Source: Octopus sinensis
Taxonomy: Eukaryota
Length of the DNA: 64,000 nt
Direction: 5' to 3'
NCBI RefSeq assembly: GCF_006345805.1
Contig: NC_042999.1
Span: forward strand, 40,734,001-40,798,000
Numbering within the stretch: the stretch's first letter is position 1; the number at the start of each line of letters is the position of its first letter. Both the position numbers and the translations under genes were made by a program. Shown in pieces: positions 49,040-62,758 of this stretch. The notes under the pieces were generated by a model that had not been told where the DNA came from, did not search any database, and saw only the letters and a list, made by a program, of their open reading frames with translations.

Positions 49040-49771
49040 TAAATAAGAATCGTTAGTATATCAGGCAAATTGCTTAGCGTTTTTTCGTCCGTCTTTCTGT
49101 ATTGAGTTCAAATTTCGAGTATTTTTACGTCTTGAGTTCAAATTCTGGCGAGGTCGACTTCGTCTTTCATCCTTTCTGGGTCGTCACTGGCACTTAATTT
49201 GACGACACAGAAAGGGTGAAAGGCAAAGCCGACATCGCCAGAATTTAAATTCAATATGTAAAACAGTCGAAATTTGAACTCAGTAGGGATTTGAACTCAA
49301 TACCTAAAGACGGACGAAATAACGCAAAGCATTTTGCCAGGCGTACTAACGATTCATATTTCTTTATTGCCCACAAGGGGCTTAACATAGAGGGGACAAA
49401 CAAGGATAGACAAAGGGATTAAGTCGATTACATCGATCCCAGTGCGTAACTGGTACTTATTTAATCGACCCCGAAAGGATGAAAGGCAAAGTCTACTTCA
49501 GCGGAATTTGAGCTCAGAACGTAACAGCAGACGAAATACCTATTTCTTTACTACCCACAAGGGGCTAGACACAGAGACGACAAACAAGGACAGACAAGCG
49601 GATTAAGTCGATTACATCGACTCCAGTGCGTAACTGGTACTTAATTTATCGACCCCGAAAGGATGAAAGGCAAAGTCGTCCTCGGCGGAATTTGAACTCA
49701 GAACGTAGCGGCAGACGAAATACCGTTTAGCATTTCTCCCGGCGTTCTAACGATTCTGCCGGCTCGCTGCC
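49040..49771. mobile_element. Cluster of SINE family A copies: one plus-strand remnant, then three stacked minus-strand copies (49210-49356, 49357-49540, 49541-49771)
   Basis: Repeated core CCCCGAAAGGATGAAAGGCAAAGTC and tail TATTTCTTTA..CCCACAAGGGGC. Confidence 0.88.
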
Positions 49772-50403
49772 TTAACTGTTCTAGCAATAATAAAAATTAA
49801 TTTCTCTCTATGTTTGCAATTTACTACTGTGAATAGAAACGAAATAAGGAATGAGCATCTTTGCAGTCACGCGAACTTTTACCACTTCATTAAAATTTCT
49901 TACAGATCCCACCGTTCCATTTAAAAAAAAGAGAATGACATTATATAAAGAAATCAGCTTCATCTGCTTTCACCATAGGAGCTAAACTACAACAACAAAA
50001 ACAAAAATTACCGTTGTTATAGCCTAAGAAAGTAAGACTATCAAAAGTACATAGAAAGCCAGAGGTGGTAACAATTTTGGCTTTGCTAGTATTATATGTG
50101 AGGAAAGCTGAGTCTATATAAGTTGTTACGAAGCGAAAAAGTTGTGATAACCATCACTTAAATTGAATCACAGTTATTCTTGAAAGAACAAAAAATGTGT
50201 TTGAAATATAACTGGGTTATATAGGTTTGGCATAAAGGATCCTTTTATCAAAGGATCTTGAATTCCTTCACAATAACATAGTTTATAGGATCAGATACCT
50301 ACCACGATCGGCGGCGTAATCCGTTTCTTCTTTTATGTAATATCGTTTGATGTAACACCAACAATTGCTTCAGATATATATATATTTATATATATATATT
50401 GTG

Positions 50404-50434
<31 letters not shown>

Positions 50435-50446
50435 TGTGTGTGTGTG

Positions 50447-50531
<85 letters not shown>

Positions 50532-50914
50532 TGTGTGTGCAAACATACATCTACACACATACACACACACACACACTTAAGCTCATGGCAGCGTTATGGT
50601 GTGTGGACTTAGAAACTTCAGGCTATATGATGTTATCCTAATGTTTCCCCCGAGTATTAGCAGCAGAAGTGAAGGAATGTGAAGTGAGATGGTTATAGAA
50701 ACCTTGTTGTTGATACAGCTTTCATAAGATAGTGGAAATTTGGAAATTACATGAAATATAAATGGATATATGGAGTATAAGAATAAGTTGCTTTTTAATC
50801 GGAAGAAATGGGGTTATGGAAAACAGTATTTATAGTTAGTAGTTAAACTATAGTTATATCTGTCTACCTATCTATATCTGAATATATATATATATAAAAT
50901 ATAATATAATATAA

Positions 50915-52535
<1,621 letters not shown>

Positions 52536-52858
52536 TATATATATATATATAAGTGCTTGAGATCGCGGCATTCCCCCAATCTTGACTCAGCGACCCATAT
52601 TGTCACTGATTATCTTGCCATGGATTGTCTCTGGATCATGTCTGTAGGGTGGAGAGTGTCTGCGAAATGCTGTGCAAGCCTCATGGGACCTAAAATTTAG
52701 CATTGTAGCATAGAAGTCCAGGAGAAGCCGGTTGCTGGTAAAATAACCTCATGCTCGGGCATTCCTGGTATTTTGTACGTGCAATGGTCATTGATGGTCT
52801 TCCTTGGTCACCAGTGGACAGCTATCATCAATATATACATACATATACATACTTAAAA

Positions 52859-53089
52859 GGCGGCGAGCTGGCAGACACGTTAACACACCGGGCGAAATGC
52901 GTAGCCGTATTTCGTCTGCCGTTACGCTCTGAGTTCAAATTCCGCCGAGGTCGACTTTGCCTTTCATCCTTTCGGGGTCGATAAATTAAGTACCAGTTTC
53001 GCACTGGGGTCGATGTAATCGACTTAATTCCTTTGTCTGTCCTTGTTTGTTCCCTCTATGTTTAGCCCCTTGTGGGTAGTAAACAAATA
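52859..53089 (+). mobile_element. SINE family A, full length, tail type 1
   Basis: GGCGGCGAGCTGGCAGA (A box) ..GAGTTCAAATTCC (B box), core and tail intact. Confidence 0.92.
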
Positions 53090-53094
53090 TATAC

Positions 53095-53272
53095 ATACAT
53101 AATACATAATACATATATACATACATAATACATAATACATATATACATACATAATACATAATACATATATACATACATAATACATAATACATATATACAT
53201 ACATAATACATAATACATATATACATACATAATACATAATACATACATACATACATACATACATACATACAT
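53095..53272. repeat. 26 bp higher-order repeat (TACATATATACATACATAATACATAA)n grading into (TACA)n
   Basis: Direct inspection. Confidence 0.85.
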
Positions 53273-53560
53273 AGTAGTGGTAGTCAAGATGATATGCCAG
53301 TGAAATGTGCCCTTGGTGAAATTTTCCGAGAAAAAATAACTTTGGCTTTGAAGGACTCTCTCGAGGAGAGAGTATTTTCTACCAAAGTAAGTATAAAAAA
53401 AAACACCAGATATGGTATTAAAAGCTGTTTATGAAATTGGGGATGAGTATTTACAAAAGTGTGATGAACCCACATTCCGGCAGATTAACGCCTGTCTATA
53501 TGCTCTGGCTACTATTTTATAACAGTGCATGACTGATAGAAGTGGCTGTGTGGTAAGTAT

Positions 53561-53960
53561 AGGTGTAGGAGTGGCTGTGGGGTAAGTAGCTTGCTTGCGA
53601 ACCACATGGTTCCGGGTTCAGTCTCACAGCATGGCAACTTGGGCAAGTGTCTTCTACTATAGCCTCGGGCCGAGCAAAGCCTTGTGAATGGATTTGGTAG
53701 ACGGAAATTGAAAGAAGCCCGTCGTATATATATATGTATATATGTGTGTGTGTATATTTTTGTGTGTCTGTGTTTGTCCCCAGGCATCGTTTGACAACTG
53801 TTGCTGGTGTGTTTACGTCACCGTAACTTAGCAGTTCGGCAATAGTGGCCGATAGAAAAAGTACTAGGCTTACAAAGTATAAGTCCTGGGGTCGATTTGC
53901 TCGACTAAAGGCATTGCTCCTGCATGGCCACAGTCAAATGACTGAAACAAGTAAAAGAGT
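53561..53960 (+). mobile_element. SINE family B, full length
   Basis: AGGAGTGGCTGTGGGGTAAG..GGTTCCGGGTTCAGTC..CTTGGGCAAGTGTCTTC..TGACTGAAACAAGTAAAAGAGTAAAA. Confidence 0.9.
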
Positions 53961-53984
53961 AAAACTGAAATAACAAAGCAAGTA

Positions 53985-54350
53985 CCATCATGGGTTTTGA
54001 AGACAGAGAAAAAGATAACTGATTTACGGAAGACCATCAGTGATGAAATGATGCTTATTGCATGCAAACAAGCAAATCATTATACGTCTCACCAACAGAA
54101 AGTAAAGAAGAAGATAGAAATGATGTATGGAGACAGTAAAAAGAGGACACTCATTTGCAAACTGATTACCCTCAACCAGGAGCTAAAAGCTGTCATTGAA
54201 AAACTCCGACATCAGAAAAGAATAACAGAGAGAAGAACAGTAAACAAAAAATTAACTGCAACCAAGCAACAATATACAAGAGACATGAGAAGAGAATGAA
54301 TAAACATCAAGGAAGCTCCTTCACGAGAAGACATAGACTCCTTATATTGG
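53985..54350 (+). pseudogene. R4/Dong-like ORF fragment, region upstream of the RT
   Basis: PSWVLKTEKKITDLRKTIS..LNQELKAVIEKLRHQKR..VNKK..EAPSREDIDSLYW resembles the pre-RT region of R4-clade proteins. Confidence 0.55.
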
Positions 54351-54631
54351 ATGCTTAAATCAGAATACCTCTGAAGTTTTAGTGCTAGGGTGAGCAGGCG
54401 GGAACGCGATAGTTGTTAGCAACGAGGTGTGTATAAAGAAGATAGATTTGACGCGACGTGGTATACAGCTTACTAGTTCAGGATAAAAAGAAAAATCGTT
54501 ACAGTAGTGGTGGAGGGTGTACAAAGAGACAACAAAGCTGCTATGATACTGTTCTGACGTTTTGGGTTCAACCTAGGTCAGCCATACTTGTAAATAAAGA
54601 TGATCAGAGCTACTCCAGCCATGATCATTCT

Positions 54632-55135
54632 GCCTCTCTCTCTATCCGCTCAGTCGAAGTCGACTCTCGGTCACTCGTTGGATCAGTGTCCTCCAGTCAG
54701 CTCTATCCAGGGCCGCTTCCTTCAGACTGGCCATGTCCATTCCGGTATCACTCCTGATGGTGTCAAGCCAGCAAGTTCTTGGTCGGTCGACCTCTTCCTC
54801 TCTTGCTACTGACCATTCCGAGCATGATGTCCTTCTCCAGGGATTCTCTCCGCATAATATGACCGAAATATGCCAATCTACGCTTGGTGATCCCAGCTTC
54901 TAGTGACATTTTCGGCCTTATCTGCTTAAGAACTTCTCCATTGGCGAGCCCCACTGTCCATGGAATCCGCAAAAGTCTTCCCCAACACCAAAGCTCGAAT
55001 GCATTAATTCTCTTCTGGTCAGCTTTCTTTAGTGTCCAGGTCTCGCATCCATATGTTTCTATTGGAAAGACAAATGCATTCACCAATCTGCATTTGGTAG
55101 CGAGTCTGATGTCTCTACTCTTCCAGACCTGTTCA
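54632..55135 (-). mobile_element. RTE (BovB-like) LINE 3' fragment
   Basis: VFPIETYGCETWTLKKADQKRINAFELWCWGRLLRIPWT..YFGHIMRR..LEKDIMLG..KRGRGRP..WLDTI..DRADWRTLIQRVTESRLRLSG*. Confidence 0.92.
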
Positions 55136-55797
55136 TGCTGACCATTCTGCCTACCTAATTAAATATAGTCTCCCTGGGATTACAGCCTCTAAACTTCCTT
55201 AACTGTTTTAAAGTCAAAAGACAGATATTTGAGGAAGATTACATTGCTATTTCTAGGAGGCCGTACAAAAATGGAGATGGACCCACATTTGCTAATCATT
55301 GATTTTACTGCACGAGTGAATAAATCTTTGTCAATCTGTTCTTACATTCATGCAGCACACATAACCAAGCTATTTAAATCTAACATCCGATAAAACCTTA
55401 TGAGATGTATGTTCATAGTTTTCTTGTGTCTCTGGGCAGAACACGATATTCTAACTACTTACGTTCACCTAGCTGCAAGAAATAAGATCCAGACGAAAAT
55501 TTAACTGTAATAGCTTCGCTTGACTCTAAGAAATTCGGAGTTATGCATTAGTTTCATGATCACCGCAGGCTATTGCTCAGATTTGATATTTCATGACGTA
55601 CTTGTTTATCTAACAAATTTTCTCTTCTAAGTATATATGTGCGCATTATGTGCGTGCATAGACAGACATACATACACACATCCATACATACATACATACA
55701 TACATACATACATACATACACACATACTACATACATACATAATACATACATACATACACACATACATACATACATATATATATATATATACATATGC

Positions 55798-55841
<44 letters not shown>

Positions 55842-55863
55842 GTATATATATATATATACATAC

Positions 55864-55913
<50 letters not shown>

Positions 55914-55945
55914 TATGTATATTATATATTATATATTATATATAG

Positions 55946-56325
55946 GCGCAGGAGTGGCTGTGTGGTAAGTAGCTTGCTAACCAACCACATGGTTCCGACT
56001 TCAGTCCCACTGCGTGGCATCTTGGTCAAGTGTCTTCTGCTATAGCACCGGGGCGACCAATGCCTTGTGAGTGGATTTGGTAGACGGAAACTGAAAAAAG
56101 CCTGTCGCATATATGTATATATATGTATGTGTGTGTTTGTGTGTCTGTGTTTGTCCCGATGCTGGTGTGTTTACGTCCCCGTCACTTAGCGGTTCGACAA
56201 AAGAGACCGATAGAATAAGTACTGGGCTTACAAAGAATAAGTCCCGGGGTCGATTTGCTCGACTAAAGGCGGTGCTCCAGCATGGCCGCAGTCAAATGAC
56301 TGAAACAAGTAAAAGAGTAAAAGAG
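55946..56325 (+). mobile_element. SINE family B, full length
   Basis: As 53561; well preserved. Confidence 0.92.
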
Positions 56326-56413
56326 TATATGTATATATACATATATGTATATGTGTGCATATGTATGTATGTATACACATATATATATACACACATACAC
56401 ACACACATATATA

Positions 56414-56456
<43 letters not shown>

Positions 56457-56900
56457 CATGCATATATATATATATATGCAATATTATATATGCATATACA
56501 TGTAATATCATATATATATAAATATATACATTAATGTGCGTGTGTGCGCGTGTGTGTGTGTGCGTGCGTATGTGTATCTATGTTGGCGTGGAAGTAATTC
56601 TGTATGTATGTATGTATCTATGTATGTATGTATACATGTATGTATCTATTTATCTATCGATCTGCCTGTCTGTCTGTCTGTCTAACTATCTATCGATTGT
56701 GTATTATCTAGTTATACATGTGTGTTCATTCGAGGTAGATTATTCAAGGCGTCGCTTATCACAGACACATATTGGTAACTAGAAATTCCATTAAGAAATA
56801 TAAGTAGGTAACTAAACGAAGAATATATACGAAATGAACTATGGCACATATAATAATAATCTAATAATTAATTCTATTAATAATTATGATAATATACATC

Positions 56901-56963
<63 letters not shown>

Positions 56964-56966
<3 letters not shown>

Positions 56967-57243
56967 CCAGAATGTGGAATCTAAAAACAGAAACAATTCC
57001 TATCATAGTAGGTGCATTAGGCATGATAAAAAAAATATTCAGACAAATACATAACAAAAACACCAGGACTTACAAACACATATAACATACAGAAAATTGC
57101 ACTACTAGGCACTGCACACATCCTACGCAGAACACTTTCCATACAATAACCATCAGAGCATCACAACAAATCACAGCACATACCCAAGGCACACAGAGCT
57201 GCGCTCGGTAGTGAAGTGAAAGCACACTATAAAAATAAAACTA

Positions 57244-57246
<3 letters not shown>
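56964..57246 (+). mobile_element. R4/Dong-clade retrotransposon 3' end (RLE C-terminus and 3' UTR) in (AAT)n
   Basis: TRMWNLKTETIPIIVGALGMIKK/YSDKYITKTPGLTNTYNIQKIALLGTAHILRRTLSIQ*, with (AAT)n on both sides. Confidence 0.85.
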
Positions 57247-57293
<47 letters not shown>

Positions 57294-57315
57294 TAACAAT
57301 AACAATAACAATAAC

Positions 57316-57357
<42 letters not shown>

Positions 57358-57367
57358 TAATAATAAT

Positions 57368-57890
57368 AGGCTTCTGATCTTAACTGATTGGAAGTGTTAT
57401 CATGTACATTGTTTTGTCTTGGTATAAAAGATGGGATACAGCAAATATTCTGCTCAATACCACAGATTTGCTTGTCAGTTGTTTGACCTTAACCAGTTGA
57501 GCATGTCCCTTAGTGGCTGACGATATGTGCATCTCTGATCACGAGCAGAAGTAGTGGGGGAGCATCATAGCCATGTGTTGAGAGGGATTCTTTGGGGTTT
57601 GAATAGTTCACCTCTGGAAACATGGGTGGTTCTTTCAACATCCTTAAACAACCCTTATTCAGGGACCGTTTGAGCGGGATGGGCTACTCAACCTGAAGAA
57701 AATTCTAACTGGGCCCCACCTGCAAGGTCATGTGCTGTTTATCTTGATATGAGATCACCATGTCGCGCACATATGGTTGTGATGCATGTGCCTGGTGTAC
57801 CTTTATCAGACGGGTAGTCATGATGGGTATATTGGGCTTCGTATATTTTACCCCAGTGTCATTTTGATGGCATGAACTGCTCTCTCACTC
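57368..57890. mobile_element. Unclassified ~520 bp non-coding insert in (AAT)n
   Basis: Complex, balanced-GC sequence sharply bounded by AAT arrays; no ORF, Pol III boxes or TIRs seen. Confidence 0.6.
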
Positions 57891-57926
<36 letters not shown>

Positions 57927-58348
57927 TGGACCACAATTGGACTGGCAAAATATCTAACGACTTGTTGCTAAAGCTCGTTGAAAACCATTAGAGACGTCAG
58001 AAGCTTCATTCTGTTATGAAGGAGAGCAAAACCTTTTCAAGTGAGTTTATGCACAAAATCCATGTTGAACAGTATGATGGAAGTGCGGCAACTATAGATG
58101 CAAAGAAGTTGAAATCAATAGCAAAGCAAAGTGCGTCTGAACAATTGGCTGATATTTGGAAACAAAATCCTCTGTATGGCAAATATGTGCTCCTGCTAGC
58201 AAACTGATGTAGACCAGAATCATACTCTTCAGTCGCTACAGAGCTCGGGGCTAAAGGAAGAGAGCGAAGGCTTTATCTTGGCTGCTTTAGATCAGAGCTT
58301 ATTGACCCACAACTATCAAGCCAATGTGATAAAAAATTGAGTAGACCC
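57927..58348 (+). pseudogene. R4/Dong-clade internal fragment (post-RT domain)
   Basis: LKLVENH..KLHSVMKES..WKQNPLYGKY..DVDQNHT..SGLKEESEGFILAALDQSLLTHNYQANVIKN*VDP. Confidence 0.8.
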
Positions 58349-58544
58349 AATATTTAATTTTTAAGGTAAAAAAAAATAGATAGAAATATGTATTTATCTT
58401 TGAAGATATAATTTGGCTTTAAAAAAACATAATAAACTCTCGAATATTTTTAACTCAGTTATACTCCATGTTTTTTAGAGCCAGATTATATCTTCAAAGA
58501 TAAATACATATTTCTATCTATTTTTTACCTTAAAATTAAATATT
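58349..58544. repeat. Inverted repeat, ~80 bp arms, 37 nt spacer
   Basis: 58349-58430 versus 58468-58544, a few mismatches. Confidence 0.88.
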
Positions 58545-58874
58545 TAACATAATAAATGTGTTGTAGGAGATAATCCTAATGTTTTGAGTTTCTAATTTAG
58601 TTAATGGAGTTTTTTCTATAAGAAAAATTATTATTTTATTTATTTCCTAAATAAATATTGTTTAACTCTATTTGCTTATTTATTTAACTATTATCATTAA
58701 CCTGAAGATTGACTATAATTTTATATCGAATCTATTTCAATTGAATTCAAACTTAATTGTAATTCGAATTTAATTGGAGCCATGAAACGTACGCAGTGTT
58801 TTTACTTATTATATTATATATTGATCATTAATTTTATACTTTTTGATATCTAGTTATAAGTTATATGTTTTAAC

Positions 58875-58905
<31 letters not shown>

Positions 58906-58978
58906 ATTTATGTATTGGTCTATGTCTATCACTGTTTCAGTTGCATAATAGTGGTTTTATCTCTAATTTATATTTTAT

Positions 58979-59058
<80 letters not shown>

Positions 59059-59432
59059 CACTACTTTATTTTGAGATTGCTAACAATACTCACAAGTAAA
59101 ATACTGTGTGGAGTTGTAGTGATCTAAGTGAGCTATGTTCCGCCTAATAATCTTAATGGATGCAATACAAACAGAAACTAGAGGAACATGATTAACAACC
59201 ACACTCAAAATCAAATATATATTCATATATTCGTCTACATTTATAAAGCGGATGTAAAAATTCCAAATATATCAATATAAAAATACATATAATTAGATAA
59301 ATATCGATATATAAGACAGTAAATTTTAGATTTAAAATTTATAATAAAATGGTGTAATAAAAATTTGGTATGATAAAACATTAAAAGGACGTACTAAAAT
59401 ACAACGAAAATATTACAGAAATTTAAAAATTC

Positions 59433-59519
59433 CATCTACGGGCCGTTTCAGAGACGTGCCAAGTAATATGATATATTTCATATTTTTGAAAACTGACACT
59501 CCCCTTCATCATCAGGATG
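59433..59519 (-). ncRNA. Hammerhead-like motif with an extra UGA after the core
   Basis: CAUC-CUGAUGA-UGA-AGGGG A GUGUC..GGCAC G UCUCU-GAAA-CGGCCCG-UA-GAUG. Confidence 0.55.
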
Positions 59520-59789
59520 CATTAACACAGTACAGAAAAATACAAACACAGAAATACAATTATACAATTACATACCAGCTACTCAAAGAGTGTATATATT
59601 TTATTTTGAGTGTGGTTATTAATTATGTTCCTCTAGTTTCTGCTTGTATTGCCTCCATTAAGATTATTAAGCGGTGTATATATATATATATATATATACA
59701 TGTATAGTAAAATTTCTCTATCGTAACTGCAGTAGCCTGAAGTGCTCAAATAAATGCCCGAGTCATAAGATATTAAATATGTTAAGGAG

Positions 59790-59853
59790 AATTCAAATAG
59801 GTTCAACAATTTGGTAGATGGAAACTCAACAAAGCCCGTCGTATATATGTATG

Positions 59854-59887
<34 letters not shown>

Positions 59888-60110
59888 ATATATATATTTG
59901 TGTGTGTTTGTGTGTCTGTGTTTGTCCCCCTAGCATCGCTTGACGACCGATGCTGGTGTGTTTATGTCCCCGTCATTTAGCGGTTCGGCAAAAGAGACCG
60001 ATCGAATAAGTACTGGGCTTACAAAGAATAAGTCACGGGGCTGATTTGCTAGACTAAAGGCGATGCTCCAGCATGGCCGTAGTCAAATGACTGAAACAAG
60101 TAAAAGAGAC
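59790..60110 (+). mobile_element. SINE family B, 5'-truncated
   Basis: AGCCCGTCGTAT-(TA)n(TG)n-TTTGTCCCC..TGACTGAAACAAGTAAAAGAG. Confidence 0.85.
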
Positions 60111-60728
60111 AGAGAATAAAAAGTAATCAATGTATATCAATTTTTAAATATGCAAATATATCAGTCATTAAAATATTAAAACATATTCAAAATCTATGAA
60201 TACATATTTCGTTTAGGGATTTGGTTTGCAAGATTCTTTATGTGAGTTCGTGTGTTGAAACAGATTCTGTTGTTTCTGGGGAGAGTCATTTTCTTTTTGT
60301 GCCATATAATTTTACCGATGAGTGTGTTAAATGATAAGGCACAAGAAGAAAATGACTCTCCACATACACATCAAAATATGAATGAATAAATATATAAAAC
60401 TTTTAATATACATACATAAATAGATGAATGGGATTACGTTATAAAAGTATAGATGTATGAAAGTATAGATGTATGAAGATATATAGAAAGACAATTAGAT
60501 TCACAGTCGTATTACAGGGCGTTGTAGAACGGCATTATAAAAATTATTTAAGAACAAACATGCCCTGACGAAAAGGTGAATAAAACATTTATGTATTTAT
60601 AGATATTAAAAAATGTTTTAATATTTTAAGGACTGATTCATTTGTATACTTAAAAACGGATATATATATCGATACAAGGGAGAATATACGCTTATATAAA
60701 TTGTTGAACCTATATAAATTTTCCTTAA

Positions 60729-60763
<35 letters not shown>

Positions 60764-60857
60764 TTCAGTAAAATTTAGATTCAGATGAATATGGTACTTA
60801 AGTTAAAGGCATCAGAATTTAGTATGGTATTATCCATATAATTCAAAATGGGGTGAT

Positions 60858-61242
60858 TATAATCAAAATAAGCAACAAGGATATACAGAGGTAATGCAGT
60901 ACGATCGTTTCATGCGTCTCCATTTAATTGAACAATGCAAAAATTACATGAATTTAAAATGTAGAGATATGTTCAGCAGCAAAAAAAATATACAATTACA
61001 ACTGTGGTGCTGTTGATAAAACATGTTCTTTGTCTGTCTACACGTTCTCTTGGTGATTTGGATAAAAAGAATATTATACAAATGAGTCCTTCGAATTTAA
61101 CTAAATTCTATATTTTTATGCAGCTGAAGATTGCTCTATATTTTAAATTGATGTAATGTTTGCATTGTTCAAATAAAAGGAGTCGCACGAAACGATCGTA
61201 CTGCATTACCTCTGGATATTCTTGTTGCTTATTTTGATTATA
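60858..61242. repeat. Diverged inverted repeat (60858-60990 / 61111-61242) carrying hammerhead copies
   Basis: Reverse-complement arms with many substitutions. Confidence 0.85.
61118..61206 (+). ncRNA. Type I hammerhead motif, canonical core, weak helix II (more decayed copy at 60894-60981 on the minus strand)
   Basis: AUGCAG-CUGAAGA-UUGC..GCAC-GAAA-CGAUCG-UA-CUGCAU; palindrome ACGAUCGU. Confidence 0.65.
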
Positions 61243-61869
61243 TATATGTATAGTTCAAGAGAGAAACTTTAATAATTCCCACAATGTAGAATTGGTATGA
61301 CTCAGAAAGTAATGATTTCCGAAGCAAAGTAGAAAGAACAAATAACATTCGCAGGCAGTGATTTGCATCAGATAAAGTATAGAAGATATTTTATCATTCA
61401 AGTCGCTGAATTGGAGTAATGGATGATTTTGATGAATTCGTACCATATGGAGACAAGCTAAAATGTTAAGTAAAATTCTATGGCAGTCAGGAGTTTGTTG
61501 CTATCAGTTTGTAATGGTTTTTCTATTTGGAACGCCAAGATAACATATTTAATCAAAAATCCCTTCCGCATGCGATAAGTCAATAACCTCTATGTGTTGT
61601 ATTGATAGAGTGACAGGACTCTCGCTTTGTAGGATGTTATCTGAAAATGAGGAGACTGTCTAACAGAAGACTGGGACATGTTGAAAGATATTGTTGCTAT
61701 ATCTGGTTGGGTCTGTTGACTGACTGCTGGTACCTTCCAAATGTTTACTAATCTGTTTGTGCTTACGTATTAAAATTAATAAGGGTTAGAAACTTTGGCA
61801 CAATGCCTGAAACTTTGGGAGAAGGAACCAGTCCATTACATCGTCCCCGGTGTTTCATCAGAAATTAAT

Positions 61870-62000
61870 TCTTTCCTATTCTAGGCACAAGGTCCGAGAT
61901 TTTGGAGGAGGGGGCCAGTCCATTAGATCGACACCAGCACTTATTTTATCAACCTCGAAAGGATGAATGGCAAAGTCGACCTGGGCGGAATTTGAACTCG
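61870..62000 (-). mobile_element. SINE family A, tail type 2, degenerate
   Basis: CTAGGCACAAGGTCCGAGATTTTGG..GGCCAGTC and GGATGAATGGCAAAGTCGAC core. Confidence 0.7.
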
Positions 62001-62149
62001 TTAAGAAGCTCAATATTTGGGTTCCACATAAATGGAAAGGGATTCACTTAACACAACGAATCACGATTTGCGATATGCATCTCAGACGCAATGAAATCGA
62101 ACTTGTTTTGAAACGAATCATCACTGATAACCTGTAACTTAGCGGTTCG

Positions 62150-62243
62150 GTAAAAGAGGCCGCCAAGTTACAGGGACGTAAACGCACCAGCATCGGTTGT
62201 CAAGTGATGTTGGGGAGGACAAACACAAACACACAAACATATA

Positions 62244-62316
<73 letters not shown>

Positions 62317-62727
62317 ATATATAACGGGAAGGTTTACGAAAATAAACAAAAGACGAAGGCAGGTGGAGTACAAACAAACAATTGTATTAGTATGGCGCTC
62401 AGGAATAGAAATAAAACATACATACGACGGGCTTTCAGTTTCCGTCTACCAAATCCACTTACAAGGCTTTGGTCGGCCCGAGGCTATAGTAGCAGACACT
62501 TCCCCAAGGTGCCACGCAGTGGGACTGAACCCGGAAACATTGGTTCGTAAGCATATATATATATATAATATATAAACACACCAGCATCGGTTGTCAAGCG
62601 ATGTTGGGGGGGACAAACACAGACACACAAACATATACACACATATACACACATATATACACACATATATACACACACACACACGCACACACACACACAC
62701 ACACACCACACACACACACACACACAC

Positions 62728-62758
<31 letters not shown>

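Larger units (their letters stand above)
56900..57926. repeat. (AAT)n arrays (56900-56963, 57247-57367, 57891-57926) hosting inserted elements
   Basis: Direct inspection. Confidence 0.95.

Noticed and set aside
55455-55485. 10 nt micro-exon on the minus strand (TTCTTGCAG|CTAGGTGAAC|GTAAGT)
   Set aside because: Such signals arise by chance in 64 kb and there is no gene context.
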